From NCBI GenBank assembly GCA_051362555.1, contig CM120648.1:12644587-12708586 (forward strand): a stretch of 64,000 nt of DNA, read 5' to 3'. The DNA comes from Lingula anatina (Eukaryota; Animalia; Brachiopoda). A program made the position numbers and the translations under genes. Below the pieces are notes generated by a model that saw only the letters and a program-made list of their open reading frames with translations, was not told the DNA's origin and did no database searches. Positions within the stretch are counted from its first letter, which is position 1; every line of letters starts with the position of its first letter. Of this stretch, positions 62,829-64,000 are shown piece by piece.

Positions 62829-64000
62829 TGAACATTGCAATTAATGATAGATACAGTACAAGTCGCTGAGCCAAACGTGAAATATTACGAGTGTATTGTC
62901 AAGCCGCAGGTTGAGTAATTTTCAGGTACAGCTCGGTGACGAGTGTTGTATCTACCATGGCCTCTGATCAGTTACTACAATGCACTCACAATATATTTCT
63001 GGAGCAGTTCAAAAGTAATTCCAAGCAAAAATTATTTTGGGACATTAGAAGAAATTATTAAAAATGACTTAAGAATGTGTCAATTTGCCTAATGGCAAGG
63101 GCTTAAGTTTTGTGCTAGATCGGTCATATAACCGCATTTGCTTACTACAACTCCTTGAGTTATGAAATAGATTAATTTAAAAAAATATCTTCAGCTGATA
63201 CATGTGCAAATTCTGTCAAGGAGAGTGCGACCCAACATATCATTAGGAGTAAATGACACCTGTTTGGCTTTTGTCGTGAACACAATACGTAACATGATCA
63301 TATTGTGTATAAAGCAAATCCAAATTAACAAGGTTTTAATTTTTTCAATTTACATCATGTATTATTATCAATTTTGTTTTTACGTGCACATGTAGGGATG
63401 GAGGGTTGTAATGAACCTTAATTTTCATATACACATGACGGAAGTTCCACACATTTATAGGATTTTGTATGCTTAATTCAAGTGTGGGCTTGAAATAGGA
63501 CATAACATTTCCGTCTAACTTAAAGGATAACGTAATCCAAAGATTCCACGCTTTGTGTCAAATTTACGTAAGGTCGTGCAAAGAAAACACAAGTCCACAT
63601 AATGACCAGTTAAATGATTTATTTGTTGATGCTCAGTAGCTACATATTCTTAGTGAAGTCTAGCTCGTAATTACTTTGCTTTGTAGTTTGCCGCTCCCAA
63701 CCTCCTTTGCTGCTTCCTTCCATGTCTCCCTCTACATCTCTCTACATGTCTCCAGGTATCGCTTATATACTTATTTCTTATGTACATATATGGTCGATAA
63801 TTGTATAAGTAATTTCTTTAACTCCGTGTCATACACAGAGACCGCCGCATTACTCAAGAGCTATTAGACTACAAGACATTATGTCATCTGACGGCGGTGG
63901 CTAGACTGAAATGCCAGTTTAGAATGGAGAAGTAAGACGACTCCTTCCCTCCACTAGTCTGGGGGTTCACCTTGGGCAAGTGTTAGTACCCTCATGCCTC

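Overview
AT-rich eukaryotic (animal, probably invertebrate) genomic DNA; no prokaryotic operons, rRNA, tRNA or CRISPR array were found. Most of the window is intronic to one + strand gene read directly from splice sites. Its six in-frame exons encode C-type lectin-like domain (CTLD) N-half (16866-17046), CTLD C-half (49268-49500), two sushi/CCP exons (53931-54110, 54706-54885), a TSP1 exon (55036-55215) and a second CTLD N-half (60992-61172). This suggests a repeated CTLD-CCP-TSP1 module with a 44.1 kb period. The two CTLD N-half exons are nearly identical except for a 54-nt patch with 20 differences. The introns hold deeply nested transposons whose junctions can mostly be resolved to the base: a near-complete DIRS1-type element, a full-length but disrupted CR1/L2-group LINE, a Tx1/L1-like fragment, two foldback elements (1.8 kb; 7.2 kb P/Galileo-like), TTAA-, TA-, CTG-, ATG- and ACAAT-flanked non-autonomous DNA elements, a Penelope-like inverted repeat with hammerhead ribozyme motifs, a probable 32-bp P-type excision footprint, and several satellites. 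All family assignments come from motifs and terminal structures read by eye; no database search was run.
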